Virus record (IMG/VR): IMGVR_UViG_3300011008_002712
Source: a virus
Lineage: Duplodnaviria > Caudoviricetes
DNA: 64,000 nucleotides
Direction: 5' to 3' (one strand)
Part shown: positions 9,997 to 19,326 of the stretch, one piece after another
Position numbering within the stretch: the first letter of the stretch is position 1
Layout: every line of letters starts with the position of its first letter
Notes under the pieces: model-generated
What the model was told of the DNA's origin: nothing
Seen by the model: the letters and a program-made list of their open reading frames with translations, nothing else
Database searches by the model: none
Program-made: the position numbers and the translations under genes

Positions 9997-10824
9997 ATGA
10001 AACAAGATCTAATTCGAGTATTTGAAGATACTAAAAGATATTGTGCGGAAAATGAGTTTCTTCGAGAAGCCATTAAAAAATCTATAGCAAATACTCGTTT
10101 TTATGCAGAAAATGATTATCCTTCTTTTGAAAAGAAAGCTGTTTCTCCTAATGTCACAGTCACCAAATTCAAGACAATTGATTCTGCTAGTTATTTTAAA
10201 AGAAAATATCCAAACAAAAATATTTGCATACTTAATTTTGCTTCTGCAACAAATCCAGGTGGTGGCGTTGAAGTTGGTTCAACAGCTCAAGAAGAAGCAA
10301 TTTGTAGAACTACAACATTATATCCAGTTCTTAATACAGAAACAAACATGAAAAATTTTTACAATATGCATCGAGCAAGAAAAAATGCAATATACACAGA
10401 CTCAATTTTATATACACCTGGTATATGCATTATTAAAAGCGATACCGATATGCCATCTAGATTAAAACCAGATAAATTTCAACAGATTAATGTTATTACA
10501 TGCGCAGCTCCAAATCTTAGGATTCATCCGAATAACAAATTCAATCCTGGGAATGATAAAGTTGCGCATCTTTCTGATGCAGAAATATATAATTTGCATA
10601 TAAAACGCGCTAATCATATATTAGCAGTAGCAGCTGCCAACAATAATGACATTATCATACTTGGAGCATTTGGATGTGGTGCTTTTCAAAATCCTCCAGA
10701 CGTTGTAGCAAAAGCTTATCATAATGTTATTATGAATTTCCCTTTTGAAGAAATCAATTTTGCTGTATACTGTTCGCCACACGATAAACGTAATTTTGAA
10801 ATTTTTAAGAAGGAATTTTCGTAA
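9997..10824 (+). CDS. bacterial PARG-type macrodomain (TIGR02452-like ADP-ribose glycohydrolase)
   Basis: LNFASATNPGGG..GSTAQEEAICR, ITCAAP, ILGAFGCGAFQNPP motifs. Confidence 0.92.
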   Translation: MKQDLIRVFEDTKRYCAENEFLREAIKKSIANTRFYAENDYPSFEKKAVSPNVTVTKFKTIDSASYFKRKYPNKNICILNFASATNPGGGVEVGSTAQEEAICRTTTLYPVLNTETNMKNFYNMHRARKNAIYTDSILYTPGICIIKSDTDMPSRLKPDKFQQINVITCAAPNLRIHPNNKFNPGNDKVAHLSDAEIYNLHIKRANHILAVAAANNNDIIILGAFGCGAFQNPPDVVAKAYHNVIMNFPFEEINFAVYCSPHDKRNFEIFKKEFS

Positions 10825-11003
10825 TGGACATTTTATCTTTTACAGTAGTAAATGTAAATAATGAAATTTGCAAAATAAATATGTTTTTAGGAATAATCAA
10901 TGCTGTCATTAAAACTCCAACTGAATGCAATGAAGCCATTATTTTTCATAAAGACATCATTGGTGAATATAAAGAAAAAATGATAATTACTTACGGTATG
11001 TAA
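10824..11003 (+). CDS. small hypothetical protein (59 aa), C-terminal GL-tag family (MIITYGM)
   Basis: read manually (below the ORF-track cutoff); ATG overlaps previous TAA. Confidence 0.65.
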   Translation: MDILSFTVVNVNNEICKINMFLGIINAVIKTPTECNEAIIFHKDIIGEYKEKMIITYGM

Positions 11004-11020
11004 AATAGGGAGTTTCTAAT

Positions 11021-11326
11021 ATGAACAAAAAAATTCTTGATAACATGTATATGCACGAATATGTAAATTTTATTTTGCAATTTGTTTGCAAAAACAAAAT
11101 CAAAAACTACATCTATAAACGTTTAGATTCTAGTTGTCTTATCCCTAGAGTCTTAAGCAATAATTATACCATTAAAATCATACCAATACCAGCAGATAAA
11201 AATAAAGTCAATGCGCTAGTTCATTTCCCTGTTTACACAAGCGTTTTTAAATTAGATATCATTAATGATGTTGATACTGCTAAAAAAGACTTTATTACAG
11301 ATGTCGTAAAAGAAGAGGGATTATGA
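11021..11326 (+). CDS. hypothetical protein, GL-tag family (VVKEEGL)
   Basis: 101-aa ORF, agggag SD. Confidence 0.7.
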   Translation: MNKKILDNMYMHEYVNFILQFVCKNKIKNYIYKRLDSSCLIPRVLSNNYTIKIIPIPADKNKVNALVHFPVYTSVFKLDIINDVDTAKKDFITDVVKEEGL

Positions 11327-11835
11327 GTACTTATAACATTGCCTTTACTGGACATCGTCCTAATAAGTTATTTGGATATGATTTAAAACGAATTGAATAT
11401 CAAATTTTATTTGAACGCATTAAAACAACAACGGAAAATGAAATAAAAAAACATTCAGATTATGACGATTTTTTATTAATTCAAGGCATGGCTCAAGGCG
11501 TAGATCAAATGGCTGCTGTTGTTGGATTACAACTCAAAAAATTATATCCAATTAAATTAGAAGCTGCTATTCCATTTAAAGAACATTCGTTGAATTGGCC
11601 TATCCAAGCTCAAAATCTCTATAACAAAATCAAGTCACGCTGTGACTATGTCAATTTCATATCTGAAGAATACAATAATTTTTGTCTTCAAAAACGTAAT
11701 ATTTACATGGTTGATAAATGTAATTTATTGATTGCTGTTTATGATGGGACTCCCGGCGGAACAAGAAATTGCATTAATTACGCAAAATCAAAAAATAAAG
11801 CAATTATTTACATTGACTTGCTAAAAGGAAAATAA
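11323..11835 (+). CDS. YspA-like SLOG family protein (DUF1273-like)
   Basis: IAFTGHRP, IQGMAQGVD, RNIYMVD, LIAVYDGTPGGTRNCINYA. Confidence 0.9.
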   Translation: MSTYNIAFTGHRPNKLFGYDLKRIEYQILFERIKTTTENEIKKHSDYDDFLLIQGMAQGVDQMAAVVGLQLKKLYPIKLEAAIPFKEHSLNWPIQAQNLYNKIKSRCDYVNFISEEYNNFCLQKRNIYMVDKCNLLIAVYDGTPGGTRNCINYAKSKNKAIIYIDLLKGK

Positions 11836-11837
11836 AC

Positions 11838-12047
11838 ATGGACGAAATAGAACAAATTATTGACAAAGTAAATACATTTTACAATTTTCAAACTAAACGT
11901 CCGCAACTCATTGGCAATTTTGTTTATATAGAATTGTTAAATTATATAAACGATTATCATTTTCGAATTACATCAATTGTTATGTTATCAACAGAAATTA
12001 AAAATGGAGAGTATGCAAACGAAATGATTAAGGTGTATGGGCTATGA
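11838..12047 (+). CDS. hypothetical protein, GL-tag family (MIKVYGL)
   Basis: 69-aa ORF, coupled stop/start with next gene. Confidence 0.65.
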   Translation: MDEIEQIIDKVNTFYNFQTKRPQLIGNFVYIELLNYINDYHFRITSIVMLSTEIKNGEYANEMIKVYGL

Positions 12048-12382
12048 AAAATAAAATTTTCTTTACAAAACGCGAAAGATCATTAATAAAAAAATGCTTC
12101 ATTCATGATTTCGATTATATGCATTATTTCCTCAATGTCTATATATATGACAGAAAACGTTTTACTGCAGAACGCGACCATATGTTATTTTATCCTGGCG
12201 CCATTTCTTATTTAGAAAAAAAATTAACTCTCAATAACAATTTTGTGGAAATTTGCATAGGAATAGATTTTACAACTGATCCATATAGTGATGAAAAAAG
12301 CACATTAAAATTTCATCATGTCTTATATAAAGATGGATCATTTGAACCAAATGATGAACTTATTAGAATAATTGGATTATAA
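12044..12382 (+). CDS. hypothetical protein, GL-tag family (LIRIIGL)
   Basis: 112-aa ORF. Confidence 0.7.
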   Translation: MKNKIFFTKRERSLIKKCFIHDFDYMHYFLNVYIYDRKRFTAERDHMLFYPGAISYLEKKLTLNNNFVEICIGIDFTTDPYSDEKSTLKFHHVLYKDGSFEPNDELIRIIGL

Positions 12383-12399
12383 AGAAACATCTAAGGAGG

Positions 12400-12783
12400 A
12401 TGAAAATGAATACCATTGATGAAATCAAATATACGTTTAATGTGGATGAGTTTTTTGTAAATGTATTTTTTCATTGCAGCAGGCACGAAGAGTATTCATT
12501 TGTAGATTCTTTTGATTATAAAAACAACAACGGATATATCGATGAGAAATTAAAAAAATACAGAGAAAGATTTAAAAAATTGTATACAAATTGTTTTTAC
12601 AAAGATTGCATCGTATATACCGTTAACTGGTTATTCAATGACAAAATTTTTTCAACCATATTCTATGTAGACCAGGTATATATGAGTCCAGGCAAAGGAA
12701 TGCTATTTGAAGCTGGTGATACCAAGAGAAAAGATATCATTCGCCCTTTTAGCAACAATAAAAATTCATTTTTAATTGTCTAG
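12400..12783 (+). CDS. hypothetical protein
   Basis: 127-aa ORF, aaggagg SD. Confidence 0.7.
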   Translation: MKMNTIDEIKYTFNVDEFFVNVFFHCSRHEEYSFVDSFDYKNNNGYIDEKLKKYRERFKKLYTNCFYKDCIVYTVNWLFNDKIFSTIFYVDQVYMSPGKGMLFEAGDTKRKDIIRPFSNNKNSFLIV

Positions 12784-12804
12784 AAAGGAGATGAATAAAT
12801 TATT

Positions 12805-13707
12805 ATGACAAAAGAAGAACTTTCTACTCTATATCAAAACTTGCAAAAAGAACAAAAAGAAAAATATCCTCGTTATTTACATATTATGCAAGAATATTTT
12901 CCAGATCTTCTTCTAGAACCATTTGAGAGATTTAAAAAACAATTTTTGTCTCAAAGAAATCTAAAAGAATTAACAGAAGAAGAAAAGGAAGATTTGGATT
13001 TTGCTTTTAGTATAAAAAAAGACTGTTTTGCAAATTCTTCACTTTTTTCTGATTACAAAAATTTAACAGGAGAAGTTGATTTTAGTTTTATATCTAGACT
13101 TAAATTTTTTAATGATGAAAAAAAAGAAACACAAGAATTAGCAAAAAAAATTGGAAAAGAAAATATTAATTTTCTCTATGATTTCAAAAAATTATTTTAT
13201 TTTTTAGAGTCTCTTCACCCAATTTTTAATAAAAATTACGTAAGAGAATACAGAATAAATGAAGATTATTATTTGGACTCAAAAGTCCTTGAATTTAATA
13301 ATGAAGATGTTTTAATTACAGATCCATGCTACATTACTAAAGGTAATAATTGGGAAAAATCAAATTATGGAGAAAATTTTGAAGTTTTCGGAATGTCAAA
13401 ATATGCAACGAAATCAACTCTTTATGGAGACTGGAGTTGTACTGTATTTGACAAAGACTCTAAAAAACCGATTGGAGAATTCTGTGCTGATGCAGGTATG
13501 GTATCTATATTTTCTCTTGACGAAGTAAAAAAATTTTTAAATCCAGAAATTGAAGAATGGGCAAAAGAACATACATGGCGCGCTACCATCTTAAAAAATT
13601 ATACAGGAAAAATTCAAATAAAAACAGACTGCAATGACTACGAATTTTTTAGATATGTTGAAGGAACTGGCTCTATCAATTTTGTTGGAAAACAAACCGG
13701 ACTCTAA
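12805..13707 (+). CDS. hypothetical protein; C-terminal domain (ITDPCY...GEFCADAGMV) duplicated at 18203-18640
   Basis: 300-aa ORF. Confidence 0.8.
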   Translation: MTKEELSTLYQNLQKEQKEKYPRYLHIMQEYFPDLLLEPFERFKKQFLSQRNLKELTEEEKEDLDFAFSIKKDCFANSSLFSDYKNLTGEVDFSFISRLKFFNDEKKETQELAKKIGKENINFLYDFKKLFYFLESLHPIFNKNYVREYRINEDYYLDSKVLEFNNEDVLITDPCYITKGNNWEKSNYGENFEVFGMSKYATKSTLYGDWSCTVFDKDSKKPIGEFCADAGMVSIFSLDEVKKFLNPEIEEWAKEHTWRATILKNYTGKIQIKTDCNDYEFFRYVEGTGSINFVGKQTGL

Positions 13708-13728
13708 CTATCAAAAGAAGGCATAAAA

Positions 13729-13905
13729 ATGGAAGTAGAACCAATTCAAATCAGAATCAAAAAACCAGAAAATTGTAGTGAATGTCCAATGTGTCATCCA
13801 AAAGGAAAAAACGATCCATGGAATTATTGTTGTTTTGCGACAATGCAAGACATTGATATAAATAAATGGAATACAAAACGACATCAAGATTGTCCCATTT
13901 TATAA
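13729..13905 (+). CDS. small Cys-rich protein (KPENCSECPMC...CC...CPIL)
   Basis: 58-aa ORF read manually. Confidence 0.6.
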   Translation: MEVEPIQIRIKKPENCSECPMCHPKGKNDPWNYCCFATMQDIDINKWNTKRHQDCPIL

Positions 13906-13922
13906 CAAATTGTGTTTATATA
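13869..13922 (+). repeat. imperfect direct repeat, copy 1 (copy 2 at 14866-14925)
   Basis: gaata(c/t)aaaacgacatcaagatt...caaatt(g/a)tgtttatat in both places. Confidence 0.75.
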
Positions 13923-13949
13923 GCATATGTTTTTAACGTATTCCGCAAA

Positions 13950-13988
13950 AAGTCTCCCACTTCAGCGAAGCAAGTGGGGGAGGTTCAC
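13950..13988 (+). mobile_element. orphan IS200/IS605-family (tnpB) right-end remnant
   Basis: hairpin ctcccactt-cagcgaagc-aagtggggg followed by aggTTCAC, resembling Firmicute IS200/IS605 3' ends; no tnpA/tnpB nearby. Confidence 0.6.
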
Positions 13989-14007
13989 AGAAAGGAGATT
14001 TACTGAA

Positions 14008-14499
14008 ATGCCACAGCGCGAAAGTGATTATCAGCACGACGAGCTCTGGAAGGATAAGAAAGGCCGTGAGATTACAATAGAACGTCTAAGCAAAGATTGG
14101 GCAACTGGCAAATATACCGTGCAATTTTGGCATGAACAAAAAGCATATACTATGGACATGGAGGAGTTCGAGAAGGAATTCACCCATGTCGAAGAGTCGC
14201 GCGACTATATCATAAAGTATGCTATTAGCGGCAAGAAAGAAGAATTCGACACGCCTCAGGAAGCCGCAAAATTCCTGTTGAAATATTGCGACACAGGAGA
14301 CGTTGCGATAGAAGAATGCATATACGCAGGTGAAAAAAACTACCGCATAGGTTCTATGTATTCATTATACTTCTGGAATCCTTGGGAACATGGAGAGGAT
14401 GTGCTCGATGAAATCGCGACCGGCAAAATACCTAAAGAATGTGCCACCTCATATACGAAATACAGCAAAGCAATTATGGAGGGAACAAAATTTGGCTAA
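14008..14499 (+). CDS. hypothetical protein (higher GC, inserted cassette)
   Basis: start MPQRES behind aaaggag SD. Confidence 0.7.
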   Translation: MPQRESDYQHDELWKDKKGREITIERLSKDWATGKYTVQFWHEQKAYTMDMEEFEKEFTHVEESRDYIIKYAISGKKEEFDTPQEAAKFLLKYCDTGDVAIEECIYAGEKNYRIGSMYSLYFWNPWEHGEDVLDEIATGKIPKECATSYTKYSKAIMEGTKFG

Positions 14500-14749
14500 G
14501 AAATATGTCGTAGTAGAAGCAGGTTGGGATATTAAAGCAGACCCATTTGTCTGGGTTGATGGCCCGTTTAATAACTATGAAGATGCTAAAAATGATTTTG
14601 ATGCCAAGCTGATGATGCAATTGGGAATGGACCCAAACGATGATGAATACATTAAGGAATACCAACACAGCAAATGTAGTAAAGTTGATAAGTACGATGA
14701 TTATGATGAACGTTATCTGTTGTCAATACAAGTGTTGGAGAATGAATAA
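14492..14749 (+). CDS. hypothetical protein
   Basis: TTG start behind ggaggg SD. Confidence 0.65.
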   Translation: MAKKYVVVEAGWDIKADPFVWVDGPFNNYEDAKNDFDAKLMMQLGMDPNDDEYIKEYQHSKCSKVDKYDDYDERYLLSIQVLENE

Positions 14750-14974
14750 TGATAGAGAACAGGCGATGCAACGACTGATGTACATATCTTTGCGTCAAAG
14801 AAATGCCTGCACATGTAACGAAACAGAGCCGAGAGAGGTGTTGCTAGGTGTTCTCAATATCGATAGAATATAAAACGACATCAAGATTATCATATTTTGT
14901 AAAAACAGCAAATTATGTTTATATGCAATAAAAACGTGCTATAATATTATAGATTTTAAGGAAGGGAGATTCTA

Positions 14975-15355
14975 ATGAACAAAGACCAAAAACTTAGAGA
15001 CTCTATTGTCGAACCATATTTTACTTCCAAAGCATATTTTGGTGGGTGTAGATCATATCGTTATCTTCCAGTAGAAATAATGGAAAAACTCATATCTTTG
15101 GATTTTGTCAATCTTGATGAACGTTTTAATGATTCTCCAAAAATAAAAGTATTTGTAGAATTTGCTAAAAAATATAATGCTACTTTTCATGGTTATACTG
15201 TATCTGCTGAACGCAAAGATTATAGATTTTCAGTAGAAGGTATAGAGCATAATGCCTCTCTATCTAAAGAAGAACTAATTGATTTTATTAATATGTTCAA
15301 AAAAGCAAATACGATCAAAGTCAAAGATGATTATCTATACTGCTGGTTTGATTGA
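14975..15355 (+). CDS. hypothetical phage protein
   Basis: 126-aa ORF, promoter TTTATA-N16-TATAAT and agggag SD upstream. Confidence 0.75.
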   Translation: MNKDQKLRDSIVEPYFTSKAYFGGCRSYRYLPVEIMEKLISLDFVNLDERFNDSPKIKVFVEFAKKYNATFHGYTVSAERKDYRFSVEGIEHNASLSKEELIDFINMFKKANTIKVKDDYLYCWFD

Positions 15356-15371
15356 AAGGAGGAATCTATTT

Positions 15372-15824
15372 ATGAATAAATTTTTTACAACAATAGAAGA
15401 ACTAAACGTAAATGACATTATTGGCACGGATGCCGGACCAAAAAAGATTTTATCTATCACAAAGTCTTCAAATAATGATTTTACAATCATTTGCGAAGAT
15501 AATGTGATCATAGAACGAACTCATGATCAAGGTAATTGTATAACAAAATTTTTACCCGATGTAGTTCCATCTGTTTCTTCTGTACAAGAACTTCAATCTT
15601 TTATAGACAAAAAACGATTGATAGTAGAAGAAATTGATTCTGGATCTCTTGATATTGGAGATATCATAATCCTTGATGATAATTCACTAGTAACGGTTTT
15701 AGATGTCGTGCAGCCACGTTGTCCAGACACTCATGCAAAAATAGTAGTAGGAATTAATAAACAACCAAATAATGTTTTTTCTACATTTAGAGATACTCCA
15801 ATTAAGGTGGTTAGAATTCAATGA
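15372..15824 (+). CDS. hypothetical protein with two internal beta-barrel-like repeats (EELNVNDII / GSLDIGDII)
   Basis: start MNKFF behind aaggagga SD. Confidence 0.7.
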   Translation: MNKFFTTIEELNVNDIIGTDAGPKKILSITKSSNNDFTIICEDNVIIERTHDQGNCITKFLPDVVPSVSSVQELQSFIDKKRLIVEEIDSGSLDIGDIIILDDNSLVTVLDVVQPRCPDTHAKIVVGINKQPNNVFSTFRDTPIKVVRIQ

Positions 15825-16051
15825 GAGTAAATGCTCGTCAGATTATTCCAGTAAAAATAGACATGTCAGAACAAGAAGCTATTATTGCTATATTAAAAAA
15901 CCGTGGCTGGTATGATGAAGATATTTCTGTACAAAATAATATGTTGATTCTTTCTAGGGAAGGGCATGACGATAAAATCATATCAGAAGACCCGAACGAT
16001 GTTAAAATTTTTTTACATTTAACAACAATATTGGACTTGGTGGAAGAATGA
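15821..16051 (+). CDS. hypothetical protein
   Basis: 76-aa ORF, ATGA coupling. Confidence 0.65.
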   Translation: MRVNARQIIPVKIDMSEQEAIIAILKNRGWYDEDISVQNNMLILSREGHDDKIISEDPNDVKIFLHLTTILDLVEE

Positions 16052-16326
16052 AAACACAAACTCATTTTATAGCAAAAAATATAAAAACAAATAGATTAGT
16101 ACGAGTTGCAAGATACTGCAGTAAAGGCGCTATACCGGTTTGGTGCGATCAGTATCTTTGCGAAGATGGAAAAAATTTATATTTCATGGAAAATCCAAAA
16201 AGTGAAAAACTTGTAAGAGTATATAAAAATGATTTTTTTATAAATGACAAAGATAAAATCTATTTTGTACCAAAAAATGACTTTGAAAAAAATTACATTA
16301 TTTGCAGTAAACGTTCAACTAAATAG
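16048..16326 (+). CDS. hypothetical protein
   Basis: 92-aa ORF, ATGA coupling. Confidence 0.65.
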   Translation: MKTQTHFIAKNIKTNRLVRVARYCSKGAIPVWCDQYLCEDGKNLYFMENPKSEKLVRVYKNDFFINDKDKIYFVPKNDFEKNYIICSKRSTK

Positions 16327-16577
16327 CTATAGGAGAATAAAATGTTCGAATTAATCATATCATTTACATTTATTTTTGCAGCTACTATTACTGTGTGCAT
16401 CTTATCATTTTTGTGTTCCAGATATACAACTTCTATACTAAAAAAACACAATGTATCAGAAAATGATATCATTAAAAACGCATTTAAATGAAAAAATATG
16501 TAATTATTCTTTTTATTTTGGAAACGATTATCGCGTTATTAGATTCATTTAATAAATTCAAATAGGAGGTTATTTAC

Positions 16578-17123
16578 ATGAAAAACATTTTAATCGTAAT
16601 AGCTCTTTTTATAGCAGCTTTTTCTATTTTCAATTACAACAGCATTCAATCTTCAAGAGTCAATGTAGATACTGCATGGGCACAAACAGAAAATCAAATG
16701 CAGCGCCGAGCAGATTTGATTCCTAATCTTGTCAATACAACAAAAGGCTATGCAACTCACGAAAAATCATTATTTACAGAATTAGCTGCTGCTCGTTCAA
16801 AAGTTAATAATGCATCTACTCCTATAGAAAAAGATCAAGCTAATGCTGAGCTTTCTTCTGTCTTATCAAGATTATTAATGGTAGTAGAAAATTATCCAAC
16901 ATTAAAAGCTGATGCTCATTTCAAACAATTAATGGATGAATTAGCTGGCAGCGAAAATCGCATTGCTGTTGCTCGTAGAGATTATGTACAAGCTGTACAA
17001 CAATATAACATAAAAATAACTACATTCCCAGGTGTATTATTTGCTAATATGCTAGGCTACAATACAATGGAGCAATTTAAAGCAGATGAATCGGCAAAAG
17101 TTGTTCCTAAAGTAGAATTTTAA
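16578..17123 (+). CDS. lemA: LemA family protein
   Basis: N-terminal TM, AWAQTENQMQRRADLIPNLVNT.KGYA.HE, VENYPTLKA, ENRIAVARRDY, FPGVLFA. Confidence 0.95.
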   Translation: MKNILIVIALFIAAFSIFNYNSIQSSRVNVDTAWAQTENQMQRRADLIPNLVNTTKGYATHEKSLFTELAAARSKVNNASTPIEKDQANAELSSVLSRLLMVVENYPTLKADAHFKQLMDELAGSENRIAVARRDYVQAVQQYNIKITTFPGVLFANMLGYNTMEQFKADESAKVVPKVEF

Positions 17124-17135
17124 GGACTTGAATAT

Positions 17136-17885
17136 ATGAAAAAACTAAATATCATTTGTATTACATTACTAATTTGTACATTATTTATCGGTTGTGCAAA
17201 TGAAAAAACGAATGCCCAAAAACCAACTAATGACATTTATGTTGTTGATAATGCAAATCTAATTAGCGAATCAATAGAACAAAATCTATTATCTATTGGA
17301 AAAGATTTAGATAATAAATATGGTGCACAACTGATCGTATTGACTATCAATTCTTTAAACGGTGAAGATATAGAAACATTCTCTAATCGTACATTTAGAG
17401 AATGGGGAATCGGAAACAAAGAAAAAAATAATGGTGTATTGATTGTAGTATCTAAAAACGATCATAAAGATAGAATAGAAGTTGGCTATGGTCTAGAAGG
17501 AACTATCACAGACGGAAAAGCTGGTTCTATTTTATCGTCTATGAATCGTGAATTTAAAAATGACAATTTTAATTCTGGAATTGAAAACGCATATCTAGAA
17601 TTATCAAAATTAATATACCAAGAATATGGTGATTCACTAGCAGATGAAATATCTAAACAACAAGAAGAAAAAGATAAACAGAAGGCGATAGTCACAATTG
17701 TAGTCATTGTATTTGCTGCTGTCATGTTTATAATTCTTATGGACGGGAACATAGGAGGACGTTCTGGTGGCTGCGGCGGCGGGGGATTCTATTCTAGCGG
17801 CTCGTCTAGTTCATCTAGTTCTTCTGGAAGTAGTTCATTCGGTGGTGGCTCCTCCGGTGGAGGTGGAGCTTCTGGTTCATGGTAA
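17136..17885 (+). CDS. TPM-domain (YgcG-like) lipoprotein/membrane protein
   Basis: VVDNANLIS, FREWGIGNKEKNNGVLIVVS..DRIEVGYGLEG.ITDG, TM helix, Gly/Ser tail FGGGSSGGGGASGSW. Confidence 0.93.
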   Translation: MKKLNIICITLLICTLFIGCANEKTNAQKPTNDIYVVDNANLISESIEQNLLSIGKDLDNKYGAQLIVLTINSLNGEDIETFSNRTFREWGIGNKEKNNGVLIVVSKNDHKDRIEVGYGLEGTITDGKAGSILSSMNREFKNDNFNSGIENAYLELSKLIYQEYGDSLADEISKQQEEKDKQKAIVTIVVIVFAAVMFIILMDGNIGGRSGGCGGGGFYSSGSSSSSSSSGSSSFGGGSSGGGGASGSW

Positions 17886-17899
17886 CAAAGGAGAAAAAT

Positions 17900-18100
17900 A
17901 TGCTAAAAAGACAAGACCAAAAATCAAACAAAACTAAATCTATCAAAAAAAATAGCAAAATAAAAAAACAACAAAATAGTCGTTCAGACGATTATGATGA
18001 TTATTTAGATAATTACACATCACCTTCATATATAGATTATTCAAGTAGTGACTTTGGTGGCGGAGATTCTGGCGGTGGAGGTTGTTCTTCTGATTGGTAA
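17900..18100 (+). CDS. small protein: basic N-terminus plus TPM-like Gly/Ser tail (DFGGGDSGGGGCSSDW)
   Basis: ATG behind aaggag SD. Confidence 0.6.
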   Translation: MLKRQDQKSNKTKSIKKNSKIKKQQNSRSDDYDDYLDNYTSPSYIDYSSSDFGGGDSGGGGCSSDW

Positions 18101-18101
18101 C

Positions 18102-18129
18102 AAAAAAGCAGCAAATTGCTGCTTTTTTT
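18102..18129 (+). terminator. intrinsic terminator
   Basis: aaaaaagcagc-aaatt-gctgcttttttt. Confidence 0.75.
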
Positions 18130-18137
18130 ATAAACTA

Positions 18138-18166
18138 TTTACATATATGAAAACATATGTTATAAT
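18138..18166 (+). promoter_or_regulatory. sigma-A-type early promoter
   Basis: cTATTTACA-N17-TGtTATAAT. Confidence 0.8.
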
Positions 18167-18202
18167 CTATTCAGAGAGAAAAATCAAGGGAGATGAATAA
18201 AT

Positions 18203-18640
18203 ATGACAAAAGAAGATCATGAAGATTCAAAGATTCTTGAATTCCAGAACGAAGATGTTTTGATCATAGATCTATGTTATGTAATCAATGATGATCCAAC
18301 AAATCTCGATTCTTCCGGCATGACAAAATATATAACAAAATCTAATTTTTACGGAGATCTATGCTATGAAATATTTGACAAAGATTCTAAAAAACTTATA
18401 GACAAATTTTATACTAATATAGGAATGATTTTTGTATCTTCTCTTGATGAAGTAAAGAAATTTTTGAATCAAGAAATTGAGGATTGGATTGAAGAATATC
18501 CATGCCGCGCTACAATTTTAAGAAATTATACTGGGAAAATCCAAATCAAAACTGGATACGACAAGAAAAATCATAAGTTTTACAGATACATAGAAGGAGA
18601 AGGTTCAATCAACTTTATTGGAAAACAAATAAAATTTTGA
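18203..18640 (+). CDS. truncated paralog of the C-terminal domain of 12805-13707
   Basis: SKILEFQNEDVLIIDLCY...SLDEVKKFLN.EIE.W...RATIL.NYTGKIQIKT. Confidence 0.8.
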   Translation: MTKEDHEDSKILEFQNEDVLIIDLCYVINDDPTNLDSSGMTKYITKSNFYGDLCYEIFDKDSKKLIDKFYTNIGMIFVSSLDEVKKFLNQEIEDWIEEYPCRATILRNYTGKIQIKTGYDKKNHKFYRYIEGEGSINFIGKQIKF

Positions 18641-18669
18641 AAATAATAACTACAAAAACATAATATTAT

Positions 18670-19194
18670 TTAATCACATTTAATGTTTTTATATTCGTTG
18701 CTATTGCGAACTTCTTTTTGTTTTATTTTTAATTCTATAGAAGCTTTTTCCAATTTGACATTCAATTCGTTTAATCTTTTTTCAAAACTTTCATCTTTTT
18801 TTATTCTTTGCTCATATCCGAACAGCTGATTGGTAGCGTTGACAGTATAAGTATACACATCAATCCTATCCAACAAACACTGCAAAGATTTGATTTGTTT
18901 CTTTAGCGATGCAACAATTAATAATTCGTTGCGGCAAGCTCGCTTCATAAACAAACGGCGATTTTTTGCAAGACTGGCTTTGCGTTTCTTTTCCATTTCA
19001 ATTTCATATATGCGTTTGCGATATTCTTCTTCTGCAGCTTTTTGAATAACATATGTTTCATATTTCTCTTCTATCGTCTCATCTTCTTCCAATTCGCTGC
19101 ATGGCGGATAGATTAGATTATTGCCAACGCATGTTATGCCATTACATCCTTCTTTTTTGAATGGACAAACTTCGCAATCAATTTCGTCGGTCAT
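18670..19194 (-). CDS. hypothetical protein (Cys-rich N-terminus, coiled coil)
   Basis: 174-aa ORF with own promoter TGTACA-N17-TATAAT (19227-19255, minus). Confidence 0.75.
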   Translation of the reverse strand: MTDEIDCEVCPFKKEGCNGITCVGNNLIYPPCSELEEDETIEEKYETYVIQKAAEEEYRKRIYEIEMEKKRKASLAKNRRLFMKRACRNELLIVASLKKQIKSLQCLLDRIDVYTYTVNATNQLFGYEQRIKKDESFEKRLNELNVKLEKASIELKIKQKEVRNSNEYKNIKCD

Positions 19195-19261
19195 GTAAAA
19201 TCACCCTTTCGCTAATTTCTAATTTTATTATACCATAAAATTGAAATTTTGTACAAACTTA

Positions 19262-19290
19262 TTTACAAATTATTGAAAATATGATATAAT
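19262..19290 (+). promoter_or_regulatory. sigma-A-type early promoter
   Basis: TTTACA-N17-TGaTATAAT. Confidence 0.8.
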
Positions 19291-19326
19291 CTAAATAGAT
19301 GGAGCAATATTTGATGCATTAAACGA

